DNA from: the human T2T-CHM13v2.0 reference genome, Homo sapiens | NCBI RefSeq assembly: GCF_009914755.1 | Contig: NC_060942.1 | Length of the DNA: 64,000 nucleotides | Reading direction: 5' to 3' (one strand) | Part shown: positions 39,901 through 53,722 of the stretch, one piece after another | Numbering within the stretch: position 1 is the stretch's first letter | How the letters are laid out: every line of letters starts with the position of its first letter | Program-made: the position numbers and the translations under genes | Notes under the pieces: model-generated | Told to the model about the DNA's origin: nothing | The model's database searches: none | Seen by the model: only the letters and a program-made list of their open reading frames with translations

Positions 39901-42356
39901 GGAAGCACTGATACCAGTCAAACAGTAGGAAAATAAGCATTTTAGAAATAATCTACAAGAAGATTTATTGAAGTTCTTAAAAATTGCATTAGCAATATGA
40001 GCTGGAGAATGTAGCTACCATTCAACTTACAAGTTTCTTGCCTTCTAGGACCACAAAACTCCTGAGATTTGCAGGAACAGAAAACGAAATGTGTTATTGC
40101 ATGTTTTGTTGACCTGGTTTATCAGCTTAGCTCACTCTAATGGTATTCACAAAAGACTAACATGGACATCAAAATGCCAACTTACCAATTTATTATGAAA
40201 ATTATACCCCCCCAAAAGTAGTTCATGGACTCTATATGGAAACATCTACATGGAAGTTAACCATAAGATAGTGTTTGGGAAAATATACAATCGAAGTAAG
40301 AAGAATTAGTTGGATTCTCTTAATGGCATTGTCATCTCTTAAAATAGTTATCCATTAAAGACATATATGTTAGTCATCATACTAGAAATGTATGCTACAT
40401 CTTAACCCCTCAGCAATGAGGTGTACACGTTTTTATCTAACTCATGGTTTCTTTAGCTGCACAGAGTATACTTTTTTCTTTGTCTTTATTGAGATATGTT
40501 AATATGATTAAATACAATTTTATTTAAAATAAAGGCAAAATATATCAGATTTCTAAGCTTTGCTCTTTATACTTTTGACTGATAAAGTAAATCTCTCCTT
40601 ATAAAAATAATATACTGATACTTTATATAATCATTTTCAAATTTATGTAATTGATTACCAACCATTTCTCAAAAAGTATATGAACAACTGCTAAAAATTA
40701 CATGAAGTATTTTTTTTTAATTCCTAAACTTTCTTCACATCTACTGAAATTCTTATCCCTGAAAATAGCACCTGGAAATCTGTTATTGTTGAGCTCTCTA
40801 AACTATTGCTCTGTATTCTAATGTTTGAGAGCCACTGGAGTAGAGTATGTTTGTAGCCTAATATAGACGTGAAATACATTTGGCCTTTCAAACAATCTCA
40901 AGTACAAAAGCGTTCATCCTATATCTATTAGCCAACTCTTTAATGTTTACCACAGAAATTTTATTTTAAGTCTTACAAAGTTTACACTGCTGTTCACATA
41001 ATTGTTATTAAACTTCCTTGTCACCAAAGGAAGCATAATGATGATATTTGCATAATGAAAGGATTAGAGAAAATTTTGCAGATTGTTCTGTGGGCTACCC
41101 AGGAGAAAGACTCTTTACATTTATTTTCAAGGCTACAGTGGAAGTCTTCCTGGCCCTAATTGACAAATGATACATCATCTCCATTGCCCCATCAGTCACA
41201 TATCACTTGGGGTTGCTTATGTTTTTTCTTTTGCTATTTGGGATTTTTTAAATTTTTATATGTAGAGTGACTAATTAATATAAAGCATATGAAAAGAAGC
41301 AAAATTAAAGAAATGGCTTGCCAGAGATCTTCAAATAATGTGTTACATGAGATTTAAAATCAACAAACATATATTTATTAAAAAATGATTTTTTTGCCCT
41401 TTAGTATAGCTATAAATCTAACCTTAAGTGCATTTTTCAATTTTTCTTCTCCCTTCTTCCATTTACCCCGATCTTGATATTTGGGTGGGTTTCTGTTACC
41501 TTTGGTAATTTTAGATTTTTCACGTTATTAATGCTAACCTAACTTTCTTCACCCCTATTAACATCCTTAATCACTGGGATTAACAGCTGGAACTCTGTGT
41601 GTTTTTTTTTTCTCCCTAAACTATTACTCTGTATTCTAACTTTTGAGAGGCACAAGAGTGGCTCTTTCTAAATGTTGTATGTTTGTAAGTTTGAAAGTCC
41701 TGTACTCTTTGTGTCCAGGTTGAATTTCCCTTTTTTTCTGAAGACTTCCCAGATGTCTTTTCTATTTAACAGCACATACATTTATAGGCACTATACTGTT
41801 TTATGAAACTGCTATTTTCTGCATCATATAACAAGAATTTGTACAAATAACTTAGCTCCCTCTGTTGAGTCCTCTTACTCCTTTAATTTAAAAAAGTAGT
41901 TCATTCACTCTCTCTTCCCATGTAATTGTTAGTAGAACACCTGTACCTTTTACATAGATGATAATCCCTGGGAAGAGTAAAGAATGATACAACGAAAAAA
42001 CAAACAATGTAGGGAATGCCTCTCTTCTAAATGGCATAATCCCCACTTAGAATTAAATCATATGTTTATTTCTAAACATGTGCTCAAAAATTTGACTTTC
42101 AAATCTTTCATTAAGTTCAGTATTTTAACGAGTATGCCCAGATGAACTTTAAGTTTCTTCACTCCTTCTGCCTGGAAGGAATTATCTTCCTCACATACTG
42201 TGGGTCTACCAAACTTACAGGGTAGCTAAGATTTTATGAAGAAAGCAATATCCTAGTAAACATTTTACTCTTCTCTGTTTCCTAAGGGGACCTTTATAAA
42301 ATTTAATATTAACTAGATATCAATGGATAAACATCAGAAAATGTAACTCTGACATG

Positions 42357-42586
42357 AGTATTAGTCTGTTTTCACACTGCTAATAAACACATATCCAAGA
42401 CTGGGTAACTTATAAAGGAAAGAGATGTAATTGACTCACAGTTCCACACAGCTGAGGAAGCTTCACAACTGTGGAGAAAGGCGAACGAGGAACAAGGTCC
42501 CATCTTACATGGCGGCAGGTAAGACAGCTTGTGCAGGGGAACTCCCAATTATAAAACTATCAGCTCTTGTGAAACGTATTCACTAC
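42357..42586 (-). mobile_element. THE1 (MaLR) LTR, partial
   Basis: 'gtattagtctgttttcacactgcta...gactgggtaa...gactcacagttccaca...tcttacatggcggcagg...gcaggggaactccc'. Confidence 0.88.
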
Positions 42587-43003
42587 TGAGAGGTGACAGC
42601 ATGCTGGCAGCCCTCACAGCCCTGGCTCGCTCTCGGCGCCTCCTCGGCCTTGGCGCCCACTCGGTCGCGCTTGAGGGGCCCTTCAGCCCGCCGCTGCACT
42701 GTGGGAGCCCCTTTCTGGGCTGGCCAAGGCCGGAGCTGCTCCCTCAGCTTCCGGGGAGGTGTGGAGGGAGAGGCGCGGGCGGGAACCGGGGCTGCGTGCC
42801 GCGCTTGCGGGCCAGCGCGAGTTCCGGGTGGGCGTGGGCTTGGCGGGCCGGCACTCGGAGCAGCGGCGGCGGGCCGGCCCGCAAGCCCGGGGCATTGAGG
42901 GGCTTAGCACCTGGGCCAGCAGCTGCAGTGCTCGATTTCTCGCCGGGCCTTAGCTGCCTCCCCGCAGGGCAGGGCTCGGACCTGCAGCCCGCCATGCCTG
43001 AGC
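42587..43003 (+). mobile_element. LTR12 (ERV9, LTR12C-like) 5' U3 segment, truncated, CpG-rich
   Basis: Canonical start 'tgagaggtgacagcatgctggcagccctcacagccc...'; ends abruptly after 'gacctgcagcccgccatgcctgagc'. Confidence 0.93.
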
Positions 43004-43019
43004 TTACTCTAGGGTCTAG

Positions 43020-43350
43020 GGATACAGAAATCATCAAAATTCACACAAAGATCACCCTCTTGGAATTTAGAGTCCAGTTTGGGGGATGCAGTCAAAAGAG
43101 CTAATAAAGAAATACATGCATACATATGTATTAATTTTTATAAATAACATGGAAAAAATACAGCTTAACATAGTACATGATGGGATCAGGAGAAATATGC
43201 ATATGAAAATTTTGAAAAGCCTCATTAATAAAATACTGAGCAGAGATTGAAGGCCAAATGTGGGCCAAGTCATGTTGAATCTGAAGGAAGAGGTTCTGGA
43301 CAGATGAGGCAGCAAATCAAAGGTACCAAAGGCAAAGTGGTATTATTTTG
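43020..43350 (-). mobile_element. Degenerate L2 fragment
   Basis: 'ccctcttggaatttagagtccag...aaagcctcatt...tgagcagaga' is L2-like. Confidence 0.4.
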
Positions 43351-44099
43351 AAGAGGGGAAAAAAGTACAATGATGGTGGAACACAGAAGTCCATGCCTTT
43401 TTTCTTCAGTCTCTGGGACATGCCATGGCTGAGCACTTGCTGATCAGTTGGCTCATTGATCACCAATAATCTCTTCATGAGCTTCATATTCTCTATGACT
43501 TGAATTACTATGACCCTTGAACTCATTAAAGTTTGGCTCTGATCTTGGTGATCTTTTGGAAGCTAGGATTTTCCTGACTTGTAGGGATTCTAGCTTTTGC
43601 TATTTTTAAGAGCTGCGAAAAAATACCCTCTGCACAGAAGCTGTTCTTTATTATCTAGGCGTTCTTCAGCTCATTCAAATAAGTGAGTATTTAAATTCCC
43701 TATGTAGACGTCTAGGTGACAATATTGCTACAAATGCATAGCTACTGCTGGTTGAGATGTTCTCTGCTAGTCTCATAACCTGAATGTCTATGTTTTACGT
43801 AAATCCTGAGCCTTACTTGTCTGTTTGGCCTGAGGCCCTACGGTTCCCACTCCAACTTAACACCTCAGCTACAGACACAGGAAATCAGAATGCCACAGGC
43901 ACCAATAAACATTTCATTTTTACTCATGTTCACATATTTGTGGTTAGAGCTAGACACAAACACGTGGATTTTTAAATCCAAGAGCTCATTACCATAGTTG
44001 ACATCGCTAAAATATCTTGATTTTCATTGGTTACATCATTGTAATTTACCTAGGAAACTGGACCTGTCTTAACTGTGTGTAATCAGATTAGATGGACTC

Positions 44100-44275
44100 A
44101 GACAGAGGTAGGCTGAGTTCTGATTTACAGATTATTCATTTGTAGGTTAAAGTTATTTAAATCCCATGCTTTAGTTTTCCAACATATGAAACTGAGTTAA
44201 TGTTACTTACTTCACAAGGTAGTTAAGAAGAATAAAAGTGATATATGTAAGAATATTTGTTGTGGCTGTTAGTAA
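44100..44275 (+). mobile_element. MIR
   Basis: 'aagttatttaa...ttagttttcc...acttcacaaggtagttaagaagaataaa'. Confidence 0.55.
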
Positions 44276-46369
44276 TTGAATTTAAGTATTTAATAATATG
44301 TCCTCCTTTTCTTATTATAAATTAAGATTTAGTCATAACAAATGCCAAGAGTTCTGTTATGTGACTCCTTACCAATAAATGTATATAGAATTTAATTTTA
44401 GAAATAATTTTCTGCAGTTGTACCATATATTTATAATAAATGAAAATCAAGCCTTTTTATTATCTTACTTTGATAAAGAGAATGGAGTTTAAACACAATA
44501 AAACCTTATTTTCATTTATTTCCAGTTATTATTTTAATACATTAGAAAAAATCACAATTACATATTAAATGTAGGAAAAATAATGATCCATTTAAAAATA
44601 CTTTCTAAAATTGTCTTAATTTCAGAAAGAAAACAAGGAATCAAAATTAGGTTTGGATAATACATTAAGACTTTTAAAATTTCCTTGTGATTTAAGGTTG
44701 GTTCAACTGGATAGCATTATCTAAAAGTCTTCAAATATGATTGATAGAAACATTAAAGTATTTCATCTTGAACTTCAAATAAAAATGGTAGAAATAAAAA
44801 AAAAAAGATATAGCATGAAGTCCTCCCTGGGGAACCAGAAATCCTCAACACTGTGAAATTGTAACTTCCAAAATGATTTAATAAAATCTATGAAACAACA
44901 CTCCTAATATTTGTGGAACTGCATCTTATCAGTAAGGGATTCTCTATGCAGGGATATGATGTTCAGCCTTCTATGTCTTTAAACAGACATTCTAGTTTTG
45001 GATACACAATCCTAATAAAACATGGCCTCGAAAGGCAATTGTTTTTCCTCTCATTTAGAAGTCTATACTAATCAAGTCAGAAAAGGTAATAAGTAACTGA
45101 ACACACAAGGATGTAGCCATTCCAGTCTTCTGAATTGATACATGTAGCAAATTAATAACTTAGGTTTTCCCAGATACTAGAAAATAAAGAATGCTGAATA
45201 GAACTCAAGTTCTTCATGAAATAATATTTCCTACCATGGCCAAAAAATATTTGAACGTCCATGTTACAGACTTATTCTCCCTTATTTGTGTTTCCTGAAT
45301 CCTATGCAAGCTCTGCTCTCTCCATCTCTTCTTAAGCTGTTCTCAAATTTTTTTTTTATTTTTTGCAATTTTGAACTCATGTTATGAACATCTTAATGGT
45401 TTTTTTTTCCTACTTTGGTAAAAGGGCGTTTCAAAACCCTACTGATTTTGATCCCTAAGATACTCTTCATTTTTTCATTCAATAAATTCAAGCAATATCA
45501 ATTTCTGATATCACTTGAACATTGAAGATTTCTAAGTGTATGATATCAACTCAGATTTCTCTCCAGGTTTTCAGGTTTCAGAAATATATACTCAAATTAT
45601 AATGTACAAACTTGACTGAATTTTCCTCAAATACCTTAAATACCTCATATTTGAAGTCTTATCACCTTTGTGAACGTTGTTCTTTAGCTTGCTTGATGGT
45701 AATATGCATGCTTTAAATCCCTACTTTAAATATGTGACTATGCCTTCTTCCTTTTAAATTGTATTTCTCAAATTTCACCTGCTGTACCATTTCTACTTTT
45801 CTGTATTAGTTTATAACTTCATGATCGTTTATCTGAACTCTAGCAACATGCCAGAAATGTCTTTCCTCCTCATAACAGTGTTTCTGTCTCAAATATATTC
45901 TCTGAAACTTTTATCCATGTTGATCCAAAACCTTTCGGTTAACTTCTCAGTGATGGCACCTGAAGGTGTTTGAAGGACACTTCATTATCTGTCCCCTTAC
46001 TTTCCCAGTCTCCTACCAATCGCTCTCTAGTTCCAGCTTTGCTGTCCAAACCTTATTCATTTAGGCTTACTTTGTTTTTAGCATTCTTTTTTTTGTTCTT
46101 GTCTTTTTGTTCGTAAGTTATTACCTTCCACTATATCTCATGCCCCAATGTCTTCACCAGGGTTTGTCACTTAATTTTTGAATCTTTGGCCATAAATCAC
46201 CTCTTCCAGGAAGCTTTTCCTTACTCTACCAAAACAAACAAACAAACAAAACACCTTTCCTCATATATCTAGGTATATAACTATTCCTGGTATTTAATAC
46301 ATTATTATTTAATTATAAAAACTCACAGAATTGTCATTGTCATGGAATTACCTTTAGAATAACTTGTTT

Positions 46370-46520
46370 CAAATAACTTAAATGTTATTAGTCTCTGTAT
46401 TCTTTTCTTGCAAATTGATATAGTAAGAATAACAACTCAAAATGGATATTGTTGTTGTGAGGATTAAATGAGCTAATATATGTAAAATTTATCAAAAGGT
46501 CTAGTTTAAGCAATCAATAC
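46370..46520 (+). mobile_element. MIR 3' part
   Basis: 'gttgtgaggattaaatgagctaatatatgtaaa'. Confidence 0.65.
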
Positions 46521-46814
46521 TTCGAGATAAATACATGGGAAATGAATAGATTCTGGGTTAATCAGATTAAACAATCCTGATCCTCAGGCTAAATTCATGC
46601 CTAGTTTATTATTGGTCATTAAAAATCCCGAGTTTCTGTCCCCAGAGAATTAATTCTGCTTATTCACTGGGCACAGTCTGAGTCCCAGAACAGTATTTCC
46701 AAGTTATCTCCATAACCATTACTGGTGACACTCAATATAATGTACAAAAAATACCTTTCATTAGCTATTCCAATCAGGGAATAAACTGTTTAGAAGCAGT
46801 GGTTGGATTACTTG

Positions 46815-47030
46815 ATTTAATTATTTAGTGTTACTGTGTTTTAGGTACTGTAAATGCATTTTATAAATAGTACCTCATTTAGATCTCATAACAATCATTG
46901 TGGGACATATTTATAGACAAAAATTTAATTCAGGCTCACAGAGATAAAGTGATTTTTATAAAATAGACTACTACTTAAGTATAGCCTAAATGTTAAAGCC
47001 GGTGATCTTCACCACATGGTTAACTAGTCT
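46815..47030 (-). mobile_element. MIR
   Basis: 'tactgtgttttaggtactgt...ctcattta...ctcataacaa...aggctcacagagataaagtga'. Confidence 0.6.
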
Positions 47031-47580
47031 CTTTGTTTTTCTTTTCTATTTTTCTATCCACCAAGTTTTGATAATGTTTAGGGGAATGTGGCAGGGCATG
47101 TTGAAAAAGCTCACTGAGTCATTGAAATAGTGCCTGAAAAATGCCCTTCAAACCTACTGAGACCATGGTAGGTAAATTACATGGAAGATTATTTGCTTTT
47201 AATTAGAAAAAAAAAATTTGTTAATCATTTTGACATTTTTGTGAATGATTTGTTCTTCTCCTGTACAAATTTTTTCCTCTCCTATACAATTAATTGCAAA
47301 TAGAACAAACACAAATATTTAATTAAGGTTCAAAATTAGCAAATCTAAAGTCTTTTTTATAATGCTAAAACTTACATGACCCAGCAAAAGTCAACAGTGT
47401 CCTTTAGCTGAATATGCTTAGTGGACTCTATGTCACTGTGACATTTTTCTTACATAACTTATTGCTTGCTATAAATTGCAGACAAACACAAAATTGTTGT
47501 GAAAAATGCAGTTTACTGTCTAAAAACTAACTCTGTAGATAATGCTTAACCAACATTATCAACCCTTGGTCACAGAAGAT

Positions 47581-47725
47581 ATATGTGTGTGTATAAAATA
47601 CACATTATATATATATGTGTATATATATGTATATATGTATATATGTATATTTATATGTATATGTATGTATATATATGTATATATATGTATATATATGTGT
47701 GTATATATATATGTATATATATGTG

Positions 47726-47761
<36 letters not shown>

Positions 47762-47762
47762 T
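47581..47762. repeat. Compound (TA/TG)n microsatellite ending in (CA)n
   Basis: Directly visible. Confidence 0.95.
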
Positions 47763-48548
47763 AGTTAAAAATGCTTTTAAAATTTATTCCACTTTTGAAA
47801 TCTTCCAATAATGACAATTAAATTATCACGCTTCCACCAGATGTACTTTAGATGGACAGAGGGACAAAAGTATCATGACTACATTGCTGTGGTTTAAGTG
47901 ATAAGTGGCTGCTGACAAGAAGAATTTATAAGAAATGGAATTAGATATTCACTTGACAGAACTCTCATTTCCTTTTCTCATTCATTATGTGGATATACTG
48001 GGAAGCTTGTTCTATTTCTGAAGAATGTATTGCTGTGGAATACACAGACATGATCACATTAAAAGTAATGGAATGGGATCCCTTGTACCATTACTTTCAA
48101 TGTGTTAATTCAATTTTACTTGGTAAATGGATTTAGCATTCTTGGTAGTTTCTGCTATCTACTTTAAAAAAAATCATTTACTATGTGTGAAGCAGAAACC
48201 TATGTCTCATGTGGGCAAGATATATGCCTTTTCATCACTTTTTGCAAGTTCTGATCTATGGTTTTTTCTTTCTTTCTTTCTTCACCGCAGTTTTAAATGG
48301 GAAGACACCAATACTGTTTACCTCAGATAAAGTATTTTAAATTACTATTTGAAGATATTTCCTACTACATTATTGAGCTATGACATTTTATTTTCCTTAT
48401 ACTGTGTAGTGATTTCTTATGATAGGATATATTCTCCTTCCAGCTAACCTTTGAAAGGAAGCTGTCAAACAGTGATTGTCTTGCATGCATTTTGAGCCCT
48501 CCTTGAGTATGCAGAACAGATTTGAGGCACCTCACAGTTGCACATTTA

Positions 48549-48562
48549 CTGCCATCTAGTGA
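48549..48562 (-). promoter_or_regulatory. Candidate CTCF core motif
   Basis: Minus strand reads TCACTAGATGGCAG, one mismatch from the common CTCF core CCACTAGATGGCAG. Motif match only. Confidence 0.35.
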
Positions 48563-49231
48563 TTAAATAATAAATATATTCTGTATACTATAATCACTAT
48601 ATACATACTTTTTAGCATAGCGATTTTGAATCACAGAATGATAGTGAATGTGAACTTTGAGGTCATGTAGTCTAATGCAAGAAAGTAGAGAAGGACTCAG
48701 AGGAACAAAAAAAATCACATGAGTATTGTGAACTTGAGCCAGGATTTGATATCTGAACTTTTTAGAAAGTGTTTATCTAGCTCTTCTATTTCTACTCATA
48801 CTATCATCTGATTATGTCAGAAGGATAATTATCTTCTGATAATGTCATCTTTGTCTTACCTATTATAGTTCAAAAATAATTACCATGAAAATTTATTTTT
48901 TATTATGCTGTCCTAAAAAGTGTTCAGGAAATCAGAAGGATTATTCAATTATTAAACAATAACTAAAATCACAAGTTTGTATTGTATGAAATTTACACAT
49001 TAAAAAGGCCCTCAGCAAATATTTCAAATAAATCCTTTATTCAAAACATACATTATAGACCTAAGCATGGCACTATATTGGCCCTCATGACTACTTAAAC
49101 ATCTATGGCTACTAGTTCAATATGACTTTAATTTATTTGAATTATATATTATTTTTGAAATGCTTTGATGTGTAATTTCGTAGGTATGTTGTCCAGTTTA
49201 ATGGCACCTGAAAAAAAAAAAAACTCATTAA

Positions 49232-49378
49232 TCCACACCTGTATTCCCAGTTACTCAGGAGGCTGAGGCGGGTGTATCGCTTGAGGTCAGGAGTTTGAGG
49301 TGCTTTGATGTCTCCTATGAATGGCCACAACACTCTAGCCTGAGCAACATGTGAGATCCCATCTCTAAAATAAAAAAA
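49232..49378 (+). mobile_element. FAM-like fossil Alu monomer
   Basis: Monomer retaining the 7SL-derived segment 'tgatgtctcctatgaatggccac...ctagcctgagcaacat' plus an A tail. Confidence 0.75.
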
Positions 49379-51745
49379 TGGCCACAGCAGCAAAAACCAA
49401 TCAGGTACAGGTTGCAACAAAATCCAATGTAATTAAAAGTTACATTGTCTTCAGTATTTCATAAACACATCCCTTCTTTTTATAAGGCCTGTTCAAGTTT
49501 CTCAGATTTTTTTTCCCTTACCTTAGACTTGAAGATGGATCTACTAGAAATATGTAATGCCAGCCCTTATATTTCATCTTGCCCCCAGCCTTTCTTTCTT
49601 TCCAATAATCTGATTGGGGCTTAGAAAATGAAGAGAATGGGCAGTGAGCGCTGGAATATTGGCCTTAGTGAGGAAAAGCTAGTAACAGTAGTAACCTGGG
49701 GTAGCAATGGTGTCTGGACTATTTCTTTTTCCCTAAACTGATGTAGGTAATTTTGTTTCAAATCATACAGCTCCCAGGTGAAGTAGAGCTGATGCCACAT
49801 TTTTTAGAATTTGGTCATAAAACTAGGCATAGATAAACCAGCAAAGTAAATATAAAAGCAATCCTCAAATATTGTGGAGGTTTCAATCAGCTGGAGGAGC
49901 TCTTTTTTTAATAAAAGTGAGAGATTTCCATATAAATTCAGTAGTCCAGGGTATAGTTCAGTGTTGTGGATTTTTAGTAAGTATCTTTGGTAATTCTGAA
50001 GTGGATGGATACTACCTAAATCATATTTTTCAATCATTGACATGGATTTTGTTTTTCTAATTCCTCTGTCAGCTGTTTTTCCGCAAGCCTGCCCATGACT
50101 CCCACATCTTTGCAAACACAATCTGCCAGCTATCTCTCTTACAGATGACAGTAGCTAATAATTATATTTACTTCTGATGCTAGGTACTCAAACATTCCAG
50201 AAATTATTGCAAACATGTTCTGAGAAGAAACTGAGAGGACAGATGAGCAAATATTGTTCAAGGTCAGTTTCCAAATCACTTGGGATCACATCTAAGCTCT
50301 CAAAATTAAGCGCAACATCGGGCACGTTCCCTAAAACCTCAGTTTCCTTCAAGGATAAGTACCTCACAGAATGTTGTAGATAATTATATGATTAATGGAT
50401 ACACGCTTTAGAAGAATACATTGTTTCATTTCCATTAAAATCATACTGTAGTTCATTGAATTAATGTGTTTATTCAATTAATTAACATTTTGTTTTCATT
50501 TAACTTCTTACAATTAGACTAAAATATGTTTCTGACTTTGTATGATTCTAATTCCACAGTGTAGTGTAAGTGACTGTGGGAGGCTGTGTGAGGACTCTCC
50601 TGTGGCCTAACCTGGAAACTTTATGCAGGGCGGGCCTCTGTGTCCATTCTGTCCTGTTCACTCTAAAGCTACCCCAGCCTCTAAATCTTACACAAGATCT
50701 AATGACTGTGCTGAATTTGAAAGTGCTAACAGAGGCTAGTATTCAAAGTTATATTACAGCTGATTTAATATTTTCTATATTTGATATGATACTTTACTTA
50801 GAAAACAATTAAGAATATTTAAATTTTTGTTATTTTCATTTTCCTGAATGACTACACAGCATTTACATACATTAAGCATATACATAAGCACATATATATA
50901 CATGTACATATACACATATGTGTATAATGTTTATATAAATTAAGCATATATGTAAGTATATACATAAGCATATGTAAGGATACAGCCTTAGTCAAAATGG
51001 TATCAAAATAATGAGGATGTTTAGCCAATAGTCTATTTGTTTTGAAGAGTATGAACTTAATGTTACAAATGCAAAAATCAATATGCTCCTGTTTCAATTC
51101 TGCTAGTCTGCACAATAAGCTTTTTCTTGAGAAAAGCACTGTGCTATACAAGTCATTTGATCCCAATAATTCATTAACTTTAATAAAACTTAGAAATGTT
51201 ATAAAAGTAAGAACTCAAAACATACACAGATATAAAATACCTACTGAAATTAAAATACCAGGATAGGACAAAATGATCTTTGATGTTGTTTCCAATTATC
51301 TCTTGTTTGTTCTAGGCACTGGCTATGTCAACAAAGCTTCGCCTTTTTTTTTTTTCATGGTGACACAACCATGGCTGTGTTCAGGTTTACATGTTCTTAC
51401 TTGTGTATTGGGGAAGGTTGGCCCCATCTTTACTTTTACGGGGTAAATGTTAAATAGTCTAACATAATATGAACAAAAACATTTGAGAAATGGACTCTGG
51501 GTGTTGTTTCATGAGGAGGCCATGCCTAAGCTGCTGTAGCCATCCTGGGATACAAGCTTCCACCAAGGTGCTTAGAGTGGATGTACAAATAAACAGCATG
51601 AGGTCTGGGTCTTTGATGATGATGCTGAGATGTGGACTAATCAACTCTGCAACTGCACCTTAATCTACTTGTTATGTGATATAGTAAATATATATATTAC
51701 AAAAATAACTTTATTATACTAACCATGCTTTCTCCTAAAATTTAA

Positions 51746-52123
<378 letters not shown>

Positions 52124-52632
52124 TTAATCCATTTTTATTCCTTTTGGATAATTATTGTAATAAAATGGTATTAGGTAAAATTATGACTGTATCATTAACT
52201 CATATATGGCAATCCCTAATTTTTGTCAGTATGAGGCTTAGGTGTTTTTAAAAATGTGCAAAAATTACTTGACAAAGTAGTGTGTTTTTACATACGGTAT
52301 ATATTTTAGAGAATGTGCACTATTTAATAGACCAACATAAAATTCATCAGTTTGAAGGTTCAGATTTTGATAAATAGATGTGACTGTTAAAAATATTTTG
52401 ATTTTATTATTTGATTTATGCCCAGTGAAAACCATCTCTATAATCTAGTATTTGTTTCTACTTTTAGCCAATTATTTTCTATATCAGAGTACCACTTTTG
52501 TTTACTCTGACCAGGGATACATTAATTAAAACAAAACAAAACAAAATATATATATATATATATCAGGGGGATCACTTTAGTTAGTAGAGTAGTGGAAAAT
52601 ATGAAAATTCATTTTAGCTAAATATTTCATCG

Positions 52633-53272
52633 TGTAGTAAGGCCAAATCATGACCATTCCAAAAATGTCTACGTCTTAATCCCCAGAACCTGTAATTATG
52701 TTAGGTTTCATGGCTAAAGGAAATTAAGGTAGCAGGAAAGTTAACATTGTGCTATGGACTGAAACCTGTCTCCCTAAAATTTATATATTGAAGCCCTTTC
52801 TTCCAATGTAACTTTATTTGGAAATGGGGCTTTTAGGATAATTAAGGTTAAATAAGGTCATGGGGTGGGGTCCCAATCTAATAAGGCTGGTGGTTCTACA
52901 AAAAGAGGAAAGAGAGAGACCTCTCTCTCTGAGCACACACACCATGGAGAGGCCATTTTAGGACACAGAGTGAAGGTTGCTGTCTGCCACCCAAGGACAG
53001 AGAGATGGTGGCGTGAAAATGACTGGCTTTAAAGACAGAGGAAAGGAATCACAAGTCAAGGAAAATGAGCAGCATCTAGAAGTTGGAAAAGGCAAGAAAA
53101 TACATTCTTCCGTGAACATGGAGAATGAAATACAGCACTGATGAGATTGCGATTTTTAACACAATAAAACTCATGTTAATTTTTTATCTTCCAGAACGAT
53201 AAAATAACAAATTTATATTTTTAAGCCATTAAGTTTGTTGTAATTTGGTAGAGCAACAATGGAAACCAGTAC
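52633..53272 (+). mobile_element. MLT1D-like LTR with a nested partial MLT1A-like LTR (~52749-53004)
   Basis: The outer element 'taatccccagaacctgt...ggaaaaggcaag...ggaaaccagtaca' is interrupted by a second MaLR start 'tgctatggactgaa'. Confidence 0.72.
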
Positions 53273-53535
53273 ACATTGAAATGAGTATTTAAACAATCAG
53301 TATTCTTACTGGAATTCACTTTTATTATTTACAAATATGGCTAAGTAACTTCACATGTTTGGTGAAAAATTGTTACAGTAATAGTAGCTAGGGTGTTTCT
53401 ACATATCTTTTAAACATTTATTATATATAACATTTCAGTGAATTGCAAGATTGAAACTACATACCAAACCTGGCGAGTAGAAGTTATTATGGAAAATTTA
53501 GAAGAGAGTCTTTGACAGTATTGACACAAAAAAAT

Positions 53536-53722
53536 GAAGGAAGGAAGGAAGGAAGGGAGGAAGGGAGGGAGGGAGGGAGGGAAGGAGGAAGGGAGGCGTA
53601 GAAGTAGGGAGGGAGGAGCTAAAGAATGAAAAGAAAGAGAAGGAAGGAAGGAAGGGGAGAGAAAGAGAAGGAAGGAAGGAAGGGAAGAGAAGGAAAAGAA
53701 AAGAAAAGAAGGCAAAGAAGAA
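53536..53722. repeat. Polypurine (GGAA/GGGA/GAAAA) low-complexity tract
   Basis: Directly visible. Confidence 0.95.

Noticed and set aside
42529-43104. 191-aa ORF and apparent gene-promoter CpG island
   Set aside because: A THE1/LTR12 read-through; stop codons are rare in GC-rich LTR12.
47542-47817. Tyr/Ile/Val/Cys-rich ORFs
   Set aside because: Translations of a TA/TG microsatellite.
48811-48843. Imperfect palindrome around tcagaaggataattatcttctga
   Set aside because: Short and AT-rich; plausible by chance, with no supporting context.
49232-49378. 7SL RNA gene
   Set aside because: It lacks the 7SL S-domain and is diverged; it fits a FAM monomer.
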